Below, piece by piece: positions 48,896-58,335 of a stretch of DNA of 64,000 nucleotides. The stretch is taken from positions 155,757-219,756 of the forward strand of contig JAHQWL010000023.1 of the NCBI GenBank assembly GCA_029856155.1. Reading direction: 5' to 3'. Within the stretch, counting starts at the first letter, position 1, and the number at the start of each line of letters is the position of its first letter. The translations under genes were made by a program, and so were the position numbers. Below the pieces are notes generated by a model, which saw nothing but the letters and a program-made list of their open reading frames with translations, did not search any database and had not been told where the DNA came from. The stretch is from Promethearchaeia archaeon. GTDB lineage: Archaea; Asgardarchaeota; Lokiarchaeia; Sigyniarchaeales; SOKP01.

Positions 48896-50128
48896 TTATA
48901 AGTGTCTTGGAACAATAATTTCAAGATTAGATATCGGATAAGAATAGCAAGGATGGAAGTATCTAAACTTTTTATCTGCTGCTTTTCTCCAATCACTTAC
49001 TGGACTTATATATATATCTCCTGAGATAAGAAGTGAACGACAAAACCCACATTCACCAGATCGGCATTTTGATGGTGGTGCAAGATTAGCTCTTTCCATA
49101 GCAACAAGAATCGATTCTGTAGCCATTGCGGGGATCTCTTTTGTAATGGAGCCAATATGTACTTTAACTTTGAAACTTTTTTCAGCAACTTCTTTTGGAA
49201 ATTCTGGATAATTTACAATATCTTTGATTTCACCAAATGCCTCCCTTCGAATTCTTTTTTGAGGTAAATCAAATCTTTTCAATTCATTAGCTACAAACTC
49301 GTACATAATTTGAGGTCCACAGATAAAAAAAGTACTATTTTTTACATCGCAATATTTTTCAATAATTTGAGTAGTGATAAAACCAGTCTCACACCCCTTT
49401 AAAGAAACTTCTTCACAACTTAATATGTTGACTACTTTTAATTTATCTGGATGTTCTCTCTCAAGGTTTTTAAACTCCTCATAAAAAATAATATCATCTT
49501 CCTCGCTGCTTCCATACAATACTATTAGCTTCGCATCCATTTTTCCTTCTATAATTGTTTTGGCTATTGAACGAAAAGGTGTGATTCCAGAACCCCCCGC
49601 AATACCTACTATATTCTTCAAATCTCGTAGGGGTTCAAAATAAAAGAATCCTTCAGGACCAGAACTGACAACTTTCGTGCCAACCTTCCAATTATCCCAA
49701 ATATTATTTGTTAAGAATCCGTATTCTTCTTTTCGGATTGTTAATTCATAAAATCCTTTCAAAGCATCAGAAGGTGAAGAGGCTATAGAATATGGTCTTG
49801 TGACCTCTACACCATTTACTTTAACTTTTAAACTTAAATATTGTCCAGCTCTAAAATAAGCTAATTCTTTTGTCCCTAATTCTTGATCAGGTTTTAGCTT
49901 AAACGTTTTTGCTGATTTTGATTGATCTATGATTTCACTTATAGTTAAATATTGTCTATCGGGATGTAATTTTCTCGCAAGGTCATTTATGGGATCAGAT
50001 ATTATTGGCTCCTTAGAAGCATTTTCTATTCTTTTCTTTCTATTTGGTACCAATTTGGTAAAGGCAAACAAATCTTTAGTGTTACTTTTAACCGTTATAA
50101 GAAATTTTTCCTTATCTTTTTCAGTCAT
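48896..50128 (-). CDS. FAD/NAD(P)-binding ferredoxin reductase with C-terminal [2Fe-2S] domain (PaaE/Hcr-like)
   Basis: FRAGQY, RPYSIAS, IAGGSGITP, FICGP, CRSGECGFC. Confidence 0.9.
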   Translation of the reverse strand: MTEKDKEKFLITVKSNTKDLFAFTKLVPNRKKRIENASKEPIISDPINDLARKLHPDRQYLTISEIIDQSKSAKTFKLKPDQELGTKELAYFRAGQYLSLKVKVNGVEVTRPYSIASSPSDALKGFYELTIRKEEYGFLTNNIWDNWKVGTKVVSSGPEGFFYFEPLRDLKNIVGIAGGSGITPFRSIAKTIIEGKMDAKLIVLYGSSEEDDIIFYEEFKNLEREHPDKLKVVNILSCEEVSLKGCETGFITTQIIEKYCDVKNSTFFICGPQIMYEFVANELKRFDLPQKRIRREAFGEIKDIVNYPEFPKEVAEKSFKVKVHIGSITKEIPAMATESILVAMERANLAPPSKCRSGECGFCRSLLISGDIYISPVSDWRKAADKKFRYFHPCYSYPISNLEIIVPRHL

Positions 50129-51683
50129 TTTTAACCTCCACCTTTACAGTTAATTCATTTAAAACTAGAAGTGCTGCAAGTTCACCGTCCTTTAGAGCAC
50201 TACTATATCCATGGCATCGCCTTCCAAATCCTCCTGCAAATTCTAAACCTTTAATATAATTATGATCTCCCATCATCATTAAGCGAGGTACTAAAGAATC
50301 CCAAGATTCTGGCTCATAGCCATAAATTATCCCATTATAAGTTCTAGTATATCTTGCGAATGTTTGAGGGGTAGCTATTTCAATTTCTTCAATGTGATCT
50401 TTTATAGAAACACCTAAAGCATTTTCAAAATCAGTTATAAGGCCATCAGCAATTCTGTTTTTAACATCTACATAATCTTCAAGTTTCACATCTTTCCATG
50501 CTTCGGGTTTATAAAGAGTTGTAATATAAATAATTGAAGTTCCAGGAGGAGAACAATCTGGTATTGCAGCATTTAAACAGACAGTAGCTTGACCTTTTGG
50601 TACTCCGAGTTCGTTCCATTGATCATAAAGATTTTCTGTATCCATATCATCCATAATGAAATAACTATACTCATTTATTCCTAATTCTTCCGCAGAAGCA
50701 TCAAGTCCTAAATAGACCACAAATGCAGAAAGTCCATGAATTCTAGCATTAACTTCCTTAATTGCAATTTCAGGAACTTCAGATTTTGGATAGATTAATT
50801 TATTATATACTAATGTTTGAGAGGCATTAGAAATCACGTAGCTTGTTTTGAAAATATCTCCATTTGAAGTTTCAACTCCAACTACTTGACCATTTTCTAC
50901 TAAAATTTTTTCAACTCGAGTATTATACATGATATCACCCCCCAATTCTCTAATTCTTTTATCGAGGGCTAATGTAAATTCTGTTGAGCGGTATCTAGGG
51001 ATATAAGCTCCCCTTTTAATATAAGTATTAATCATTGCAGCAAAAAGGGTAAAATTTATCCTGCTAATAGGGAGACCTAAATAGCACCAATATGCATTTA
51101 AAATATCCTGCGCTTTTTTTGGCATACCTAAGGCATTCTCTACTTCTTGAGCGGAATATCCAGCAGTCTTAAGGAAATTTGAATGTTCTTTTATTAGTAC
51201 AGTTTGATCTGGATTACCCTTAGATCTTCCGATATAAACAAAAGCATTGGATATATCTTGAGCTAATTGGAAAAAATTCTTTACTGATTCTCTACTTTCA
51301 GGGACTTCTTTTTCCATTGCATTGAGAAAGCTCTCGATTCCAAATGGCATTACTACATCTATATCTTTTGTAATTATTCTGTATGCTTCGGGAATCTCTA
51401 AAAATTCAGTATCAACATTTAGAACCCGCTCAAACAATTTTTTAATATCCCCAGGATTAGAATCAGAGCCGTAATCAGCAAGTTCATGTAGAGATGTCTC
51501 AAATTCAAATCTGCCTCTTACAAAACTTGAAGCAAACCCTCCAGGCAAGTTGTGTTGTTCGATTAATAATACTTTAACACTAGCTAACGCTAATCGTGCT
51601 GCTGCCACGAGTCCACCATTTCCCGCACCTATAATTATTACCTTATAGTCTTCACTATCTTGCTCACTCACTTTTAAAACCAA
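50121..51683 (-). CDS. Phytoene desaturase/retinol saturase-like FAD oxidoreductase (COG1233-like)
   Basis: IIGAGNGGL, EQHNLPGG, RGRFEFE, SAFVVYLG, ATPQTFARYT, GIIYG. Confidence 0.85.
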   Translation of the reverse strand: MVLKVSEQDSEDYKVIIIGAGNGGLVAAARLALASVKVLLIEQHNLPGGFASSFVRGRFEFETSLHELADYGSDSNPGDIKKLFERVLNVDTEFLEIPEAYRIITKDIDVVMPFGIESFLNAMEKEVPESRESVKNFFQLAQDISNAFVYIGRSKGNPDQTVLIKEHSNFLKTAGYSAQEVENALGMPKKAQDILNAYWCYLGLPISRINFTLFAAMINTYIKRGAYIPRYRSTEFTLALDKRIRELGGDIMYNTRVEKILVENGQVVGVETSNGDIFKTSYVISNASQTLVYNKLIYPKSEVPEIAIKEVNARIHGLSAFVVYLGLDASAEELGINEYSYFIMDDMDTENLYDQWNELGVPKGQATVCLNAAIPDCSPPGTSIIYITTLYKPEAWKDVKLEDYVDVKNRIADGLITDFENALGVSIKDHIEEIEIATPQTFARYTRTYNGIIYGYEPESWDSLVPRLMMMGDHNYIKGLEFAGGFGRRCHGYSSALKDGELAALLVLNELTVKVEVKND

Positions 51684-51829
51684 TTTAATTGATAAAAATT
51701 ACATTAATAAATAATAATTTAAATTGGTTAGAGTTTAAGAAGTTTAATTATTGAGAGATTTTTTTAATTTTAGCTAAATAAACCCATATAATCATAATTT
51801 AAATTAAAACAATCAATAAATTCTGACGT

Positions 51830-52834
51830 CTAGACTAAATTATTTATGATAATTTCAGATATATCTCCAGAATATTCAGCAGTTCTTCTTATACTCTCAA
51901 TTATATAGCCTATTGCTATGGAAACTTCAGCGCTACTGGTTGTATTAAGACTTATTTTTTCTGTCGCTGCTATTAAATTTTTAATATCCTCTATATTTTC
52001 ATTCGCTAGGACTAAGCTTTTTTGAAGCCATGCATCAAGACTTTTATTCAATAAATCCAGTGATAATTTACTTACAATTTTAATCTCGTCCTTTAGATTT
52101 TTATCTAATACTTGTTGTTTAAGGATCAAAACATTTTTAGCAATTTTACTAGCATGATCTCCAATACGTTCCAGGAAACGACTCATTTGCTGGTAATGAC
52201 TTGCTTGTTCTAAAGTTATCCCCATTTTCTGGCAAAGAATAATATCCCTCAATGCAATATGAGATTGACGACCAATTAACCAATGCAATCTGTCAACGTC
52301 ATTGTCTCTTTTAATAACTTCTTCTGCTAATTCCTTATTTCTTGTTTCAAAGGCGTTAATAGCATCTTCATGCATATCTTGTACAAGAATATACATTCTC
52401 TTAATCGTTTTTTCAAAAGGCATTTCCTTAGGATTAAGCAAATCTTTAATTACAATGAAATTATTAGATTCTTCAACAATTTCTGGACCTATAGCAATTT
52501 GAGTAAAAAGAGTAATTATATCTCTTAACACGGGTTCAAACTTCTTACTAGATTTAAGAATTATCTTTGAAAAACCCATTATATATGCTCCGATTAAAAC
52601 TCGAAATAAAAAATTTTTATCTCTATATTCATCAACTATTATTTCTTTTGTTTTTATGACATTTTCATTGTCAATCTGTGGTGTTATAAGCAAATTACCA
52701 TCAGGTTGCGATAAAATTCCCAATGTATCTTTTGATTTAATACCGTGTTTATCAATCCACACTTTAGGAAGAGAAATAATATAACTAGAACCCCCTGTTT
52801 TTTGCACTTTTCTCGTTTCTATATGAAATCCCAT
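51830..52834 (-). CDS. phoU: Archaeal phosphate uptake regulator (AbrB-like N-terminal domain plus tandem PhoU domains)
   Basis: RKVQKTGGSSYIISLPKVW, DNDVDRLHW, LERIGDHA, IRRTAEY. Likely start MGFHIE at 52834. Confidence 0.92.
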   Translation of the reverse strand: MGFHIETRKVQKTGGSSYIISLPKVWIDKHGIKSKDTLGILSQPDGNLLITPQIDNENVIKTKEIIVDEYRDKNFLFRVLIGAYIMGFSKIILKSSKKFEPVLRDIITLFTQIAIGPEIVEESNNFIVIKDLLNPKEMPFEKTIKRMYILVQDMHEDAINAFETRNKELAEEVIKRDNDVDRLHWLIGRQSHIALRDIILCQKMGITLEQASHYQQMSRFLERIGDHASKIAKNVLILKQQVLDKNLKDEIKIVSKLSLDLLNKSLDAWLQKSLVLANENIEDIKNLIAATEKISLNTTSSAEVSIAIGYIIESIRRTAEYSGDISEIIINNLV

Positions 52835-52856
52835 TATTATCCCTTTACTTATAATA

Positions 52857-52951
52857 TCTATATAGAATTCAAATCTCATTAATGATATTATTACCTTATA
52901 TAGAGTATATAATCTTTCAGTTATATATTTCAACTATATACTCTATATATA
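52857..52951. promoter_or_regulatory. TATATA-N3-TATATA array with a perfect 15-bp inverted repeat upstream of phoU
   Basis: TATATAGAGTATATA (52897-52911) is the reverse complement of TATATACTCTATATA (52935-52949). Palindrome TCTATATAGA at 52857-52866. Confidence 0.55.
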
Positions 52952-53042
52952 TTTAAATTAGAAAGGACATGAGAGATATAAACTCAATATACTTAACCAC
53001 TTTCAGTATTGGAAAGAGGAGGATCTTAGTAATTGCAATATT

Positions 53043-53726
53043 CTAGATTCCTTTTTCACTGGTTAATAAAACCATAATGTAATCTGCGACACCCTCAATT
53101 GAGTCGGAGATAGCTTCCAAAATATCAAATATATTTCCTGCTGTAAAGATAGTGAAGAAATTAACATCATAATGGGTTTCTTGAAGGCTTTTTCTTAATT
53201 GAATATTCATTAGATCAACATCATGTTCATATTCATTTATTTTTCTTGCTATCTCTTTAACATTTTTCCTATCTTCAACAAAATCCATAACAATTTTATC
53301 CAATAGCTCACCGCATATGACAGTAGTTTTCATAATCTGGCTAACCAAATTTATGGTTTCCTCACTACTTTGTTCCCAGAACTTAACTGGTATAGTAGCA
53401 ATTCTACGAGCAACTCCAGTACAACAGTTAGCCACATCATCCATTCTCTTAACTAGATGAGAAAGATTCTGCCTAATACTAGGATCTAATTCTCCTCTAG
53501 AAATATCTTGTTGTATTTTTCTTCTTAATTTATCTGCATCTCTTTCTATAACATCAACATTATGAAAAATACTATATGATTTGTCAAGATTTTTTTCTTT
53601 TAAAAGCATTTGCAATCCTGTGTCTAACTCTCTTACACATTCTTGTACTTTCCGGGCATGTGTTATTGTCTTTTCTAAAGCATTTAAAGCAGTTTCCCTT
53701 TTCAAATATTCAATTAAAGATCCTAT
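53043..53726 (-). CDS. DUF47 (PhoU-like phosphate transport regulator) family protein
   Basis: ERDADKLRR, LVKRMDDVAN, EHDVD, LEAISDSIEGVAD. Probable ATA start at 53726; the track uses TTG 53705. Confidence 0.88.
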   Translation of the reverse strand: MGSLIEYLKRETALNALEKTITHARKVQECVRELDTGLQMLLKEKNLDKSYSIFHNVDVIERDADKLRRKIQQDISRGELDPSIRQNLSHLVKRMDDVANCCTGVARRIATIPVKFWEQSSEETINLVSQIMKTTVICGELLDKIVMDFVEDRKNVKEIARKINEYEHDVDLMNIQLRKSLQETHYDVNFFTIFTAGNIFDILEAISDSIEGVADYIMVLLTSEKGI

Positions 53727-53802
53727 TCAAATCACCATTTCTTTTCAATCATTATAACCTTTTTATAATTATATATATATTACATTTATTTTTAATAATT
53801 TA

Positions 53803-54840
53803 TCATGATAATCCAAATGAACTTAACCCAACATAGATAAAACCTGCTAAAAGTGCAGCTATTGGAAAGGTCAATACCCAATAGAGTCCCATCTTACCTA
53901 ATCCTTTATAATCCACCTCTTTTTTTTGGGCAAGACTCATACCAATTATACAGAAGACAATTACATGGCTATGGGAAATTGGGAGGGCAAATAATGTAGC
54001 AACCATTAAAATAAGTGCAGAACTCATCTGTATAATAAACCCTTCACTAGGGCGTGTATCTATCATATGAGAAGCAAGATTTTTGATTACATATCGTGCT
54101 GCAAAGTAAATACCGAGAAATGCAAATATTCCACAGAAAATTGCAAATATAAGATATTGACTACTGTTAATAGAATTGTTTTCCCTAAGACCTAAAAGGA
54201 TGCCTAAAGCTTCCCCTGAATTAGCTCCAACCCAAATTTCTGCAAATAAAACAGCAATTAATAAAAGCCATTTAAAAGTTTTTTCAGATTTTTCAATCTG
54301 ATTTAAGCCCCTTAACCGAGATAAAACAAATTTAGCACTTATTTTAAAGAGAATGTATGTGATTAATAAACCTGATATCGGAGATATAAACCAACTTAAA
54401 ACAACATCTCTTAACTTTTCATAATTAAACGCAGTATTAAGATCAATTCCTCCTTGAGAGATTGCATAGATTATAACAACACCAACAATGCTCCCAATTA
54501 ATGAGTGAGTACTGCTTAAAGGAATGCCTGCAAAACTACCTACTACTAGCCATATAATACTACTTATTAGTACTGCTAAAAGCATATAATTAGTATATTT
54601 TCCTTCCAAGCCCTCACCTAAAAGGCTTTTACCAACGGTTTCTGGAACAAAACCTCCACTAAAAAGAATCATACCAGAACCTATGGCGATGCCACCTATT
54701 ATTAACGCTATTTTAAACTTTAACACACCGGCTCCGACTAAAGAAGCAAGAGTTTCATCATTCGCCCCAATGCTAAAAGCTAAACCAACAGCCATCATTA
54801 CTAGGACTATAACTAGGATTATTGTTAATTCTTCAGCCAT
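53803..54840 (-). CDS. PiT-family inorganic phosphate transporter
   Basis: IGANDE, GIPLSSTHSLIG, SWFISP, GANSGE, LPISHSH. Confidence 0.9.
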   Translation of the reverse strand: MAEELTIILVIVLVMMAVGLAFSIGANDETLASLVGAGVLKFKIALIIGGIAIGSGMILFSGGFVPETVGKSLLGEGLEGKYTNYMLLAVLISSIIWLVVGSFAGIPLSSTHSLIGSIVGVVIIYAISQGGIDLNTAFNYEKLRDVVLSWFISPISGLLITYILFKISAKFVLSRLRGLNQIEKSEKTFKWLLLIAVLFAEIWVGANSGEALGILLGLRENNSINSSQYLIFAIFCGIFAFLGIYFAARYVIKNLASHMIDTRPSEGFIIQMSSALILMVATLFALPISHSHVIVFCIIGMSLAQKKEVDYKGLGKMGLYWVLTFPIAALLAGFIYVGLSSFGLS

Positions 54841-54861
54841 AATATTCTTGACTTTTATTTA

Positions 54862-55524
54862 TTAATCAAAGATTAGATATTTTGTTGCTAGAAACTGAAT
54901 GTATTCTGAAAAATCCTTTATATGATCGGCCAACATCATTATATCTTCAATTAAATTCTTAAGGTACAGAAAAGTTCTGGAAAGATAATCCATATCATAA
55001 TTATAAAGTCGTTTTATTAATTTCCACTCTTCAATTCTCATTTTTCTTCTTTCTTCTTTTATTTCTTCACATATATCATGAGCTTTACTTAGATCAGTTC
55101 CAATCAATTTCACTGCATCTGATACATCATTGGAAATAGTTCTTAATGATTTCAAGATACTTTGAATCTGAAGCTTAAATTCTTCGTCAGGAAAGACCAC
55201 TTTATATAAAAGCATCCTATTTGCTAAATATTCCCCAATATTTTTGATATCGTTTATCTTAGTGAATAACTTCAACCTATCTGCTTTGGAGAACATTAAT
55301 TTTGATTTGAATATTTTAGATTCAAATTTTTTTTTTATTTGGACTTCAGTATTAGTGTCGATAACGTAATTCAGGTTTTCTTTGAATTTATTAAAATCCT
55401 CTTTAACAAGAAATTCAATCCCTTTTATCAACTTTAGGTTCTGTTCATTTATATTATCCATAAATAATTGCGTTAATTCATCAATACTAAGTTTATTTAG
55501 TTCTTTATCATCAAATTCTTTCAT
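54862..55524 (-). CDS. Divergent DUF47/PhoU-like helical protein
   Basis: FSKADRLKLF..INDI, IKEERRKMR, IMMLADHIKDFSEYI. Directly upstream of pit. Confidence 0.65.
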   Translation of the reverse strand: MKEFDDKELNKLSIDELTQLFMDNINEQNLKLIKGIEFLVKEDFNKFKENLNYVIDTNTEVQIKKKFESKIFKSKLMFSKADRLKLFTKINDIKNIGEYLANRMLLYKVVFPDEEFKLQIQSILKSLRTISNDVSDAVKLIGTDLSKAHDICEEIKEERRKMRIEEWKLIKRLYNYDMDYLSRTFLYLKNLIEDIMMLADHIKDFSEYIQFLATKYLIFD

Positions 55525-55680
55525 TTTCTTCAAAATTACATTTTGTATTCTATAAAGTCTAATATATTTTCTATTAAATTTCTATATATAGTTAAATTTA
55601 TTTGTTGATTTATTAATCTCTAAATATAACTCAAAACAATTACACATTTAAATTGCTATTTAAATTTAAAGGAGTTTTTT

Positions 55681-56310
55681 ATGAATTCTTATAATAATTT
55701 ACCAGAAGCTAAAATTATACCTGTGGGAGAAGTTTCACAAAAGTTTTTAGACCTTGGAATTAAATCATTTAGAGAAGCTTGTGAGTATGTACATGGTATT
55801 GAATATGGTTATAACACTGATTACGATGATAGAATGATTCTTTTTAAGGAAAATAAAGGAACTTGTACTACTAAGCATGCTGTAATCGCAGGCCTAGCTG
55901 AAGAACTTGAAATACCTATTTATAAACATGTTGGTGTTTATAAATTTACAGAAAAAATCTCAAGTGGAACAAATAAAATTCTTAGAAAATATAAGGTTCC
56001 CTATGTCCCAATCGTGCATTGCTTTTTAGTATATAAAGATTTTCGATTTGATCTAACCGAAGGAAATTGTAATGGAAAAAATACCATTATAGAGGAATTT
56101 ATTCATGAGGAAAAAGTAGATCCTTTTATTAGTAGAAAGAATGAATATTTAATTCTTAAAAAAGTGATAAAAGAATACATCTTACCATCTAAAGAAATGG
56201 AAGGGGTTAAAGAGAGATCCCTTTTAAAAGCGAGAGAAGAAGCAATTATTCTTTTAAAAGAAAATGTAAAAAGACAAAAAAATATGAAAAGTCCTCAAAA
56301 AAATAATTAA
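55681..56310 (+). CDS. Hypothetical protein with transglutaminase/papain-like Cys-His-Asp signature
   Basis: GTCTTKH...VHCFLVY...RFDLT. Confidence 0.6.
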   Translation: MNSYNNLPEAKIIPVGEVSQKFLDLGIKSFREACEYVHGIEYGYNTDYDDRMILFKENKGTCTTKHAVIAGLAEELEIPIYKHVGVYKFTEKISSGTNKILRKYKVPYVPIVHCFLVYKDFRFDLTEGNCNGKNTIIEEFIHEEKVDPFISRKNEYLILKKVIKEYILPSKEMEGVKERSLLKAREEAIILLKENVKRQKNMKSPQKNN

Positions 56311-56359
56311 TGTTTTTACTTCTATAAAAACATAATAGATAGAATTTTGAAAATTATAA

Positions 56360-57043
56360 TTACATTCGTTTTGCTATTGTCAACATAATTATATAATCCG
56401 CAACATCCTCTGCGTTATCGCTAATTGCTTCCATTGTTGATATAAAATTATGAATTACTATTGCGCTAAATGGATTAATATCTGGACTATTTGATACTAA
56501 ACTTCTACTAATTGCATAGTGTTTTTCATCACATTGATGTTCTAAAATATTAACTTCTTCACCTATCTCTTGGATTTTTGTGTCCTCAGCTTTTAAAAGT
56601 CCATTAACCATTTGATTTACTTTTTTAACAGCTTCAACTGAGATTTTTGAGATATCTAAAATATTGCGATGAATGTCCTCCTCTAAATTCATAAAATCTT
56701 TATGATTCATGGAGATAAGAATTCTTGAACAAGCATTTGCAGCATTTGCAATATCATCAATTCTTTTAACAAGATGCGTTAAATTTTCTCGAATTTTAGA
56801 TGGAAGTTTTGCTTGTGAAAGCAAATTTAGGATATTTCTACGAATTCCATCTGCTTGATGTTCTAATTCATCAACTCTGAAAAACACTTTTAATGCGAGA
56901 TCGATATTTTTTTCTTCAAGGAGGAATGATAATCCTTTATCAAATTCCACAATACATTCAAGTACTTTCTGAGTGTGAACTATAGTTAAATTCATTGCAT
57001 TCTCTTCATTACGAGATTTAAACCATTCCATTAATGAACTCAT
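56360..57043 (-). CDS. DUF47 family phosphate transport regulator
   Basis: EHQADGIRR, LVKRIDDIAN, LEHQCD, MEAISDNAEDVAD. Confidence 0.9.
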   Translation of the reverse strand: MSSLMEWFKSRNEENAMNLTIVHTQKVLECIVEFDKGLSFLLEEKNIDLALKVFFRVDELEHQADGIRRNILNLLSQAKLPSKIRENLTHLVKRIDDIANAANACSRILISMNHKDFMNLEEDIHRNILDISKISVEAVKKVNQMVNGLLKAEDTKIQEIGEEVNILEHQCDEKHYAISRSLVSNSPDINPFSAIVIHNFISTMEAISDNAEDVADYIIMLTIAKRM

Positions 57044-57100
57044 TAATTTTCTCTCTTTTTTTATATTTTTTTCTTTTTATCTTTATTATTATAAGTAATT

Positions 57101-58324
57101 TTATTCTAATTTTAATACTTCCCTTATTAATTCTTCACCTGGATGTTTGAAAATGATCCCTAATTCTTTCGGGAAATATATTGTTACTTCTGAATTCTCT
57201 AAAAATGCATCATGAATTTCATAGGTTGCAGGTATAGTGATTATTATTACTTTTTCTTGTCGTTTCATTTTGATAAGAACTTCAAATCGATAAAAAACTC
57301 CCATAAATTTACGACGGAGTATTTTTCCTAATATTGCATTTTTCTTTTGATCTACGCGATTACCAAGTCGAATTTTCATATGATTGGCTCGAACAACCAA
57401 CAGTACTTTATCTCCATGCTTGATTTCATTATTTAATGATTTATTTAAATAACCTGCAAATGTTTCTTTAAAACCAATATTTATGGGTAATGGAACTGAA
57501 ACTTCTTGAATCTCATTAAAGAATTTATCACCTTGTTGTGATTTGCTAAAAATATCCCATGTAGGTTTTTCATTTTTGGTACAAATTCCTTCAAAATAAT
57601 TAATTTCACTCATAAAATATGCAACAAACAGATTCTTAGGATGATAGTAAATTTCATGGGGCGTTCCTATTTGAACAATTTTACCTTGATTAATAACTGC
57701 TATTCTATCAGCAATCATCATTGCTTCTTGTTCTTCATTTGTAACATGTATTACAGTAAGTTCTAATTCTTTAGATTTTGCCATTAGAAGTAATTCTCTT
57801 CTTAAACTCATTCTAAGTCCTGCGTCAAGAGCTTTTAAAGGTTCGTCTAATATTAGCAGCTTAGTCTGCTCCAGATTTAGTAAGGATCGACAAAGTGCAA
57901 CTCTTTGCTTCATTCCACCACTTAATTCTTCAGGGTATGCACCATTTCTCCCTGTTAGGAGCGTCATCATTAATACTTGATCAACCAAGGTTTGGGTCGT
58001 TTTAGGATCTCTTGCGTGGACACGACCACTATATGAAACGTTTTCGACAATATTCATATGAGGAAATAATGCATAATTTTCAAACATAAAACCTATATTT
58101 CTCTCCCCAGCAGTTTTATTTGTCACATCTTTCCCGTCAAAAAATACAGTTCCAGAATCAGGTTTAAGTAAACCAGCTATAAGTTTGAGTAAAGTAGTCT
58201 TACCTGCTCCAGTTGGACCTAAAATAATAAAATACTCTTTATCTTTAACTTCTAGAGAAATATTATCCAAAGCAGTGAATTTTCTAAATATTTTAGTTAT
58301 ATTTTTCAACTCGATATGAACCAT
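57101..58324 (-). CDS. ABC transporter ATPase (CysA/PotA-like, C-terminal TOBE-like extension)
   Basis: GPTGAGKT, LSGGMKQR, LILDEP. Q-loop carries E and H-loop carries N. Confidence 0.9.
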   Translation of the reverse strand: MVHIELKNITKIFRKFTALDNISLEVKDKEYFIILGPTGAGKTTLLKLIAGLLKPDSGTVFFDGKDVTNKTAGERNIGFMFENYALFPHMNIVENVSYSGRVHARDPKTTQTLVDQVLMMTLLTGRNGAYPEELSGGMKQRVALCRSLLNLEQTKLLILDEPLKALDAGLRMSLRRELLLMAKSKELELTVIHVTNEEQEAMMIADRIAVINQGKIVQIGTPHEIYYHPKNLFVAYFMSEINYFEGICTKNEKPTWDIFSKSQQGDKFFNEIQEVSVPLPINIGFKETFAGYLNKSLNNEIKHGDKVLLVVRANHMKIRLGNRVDQKKNAILGKILRRKFMGVFYRFEVLIKMKRQEKVIIITIPATYEIHDAFLENSEVTIYFPKELGIIFKHPGEELIREVLKLE

Positions 58325-58335
58325 ATATTTTTCAC

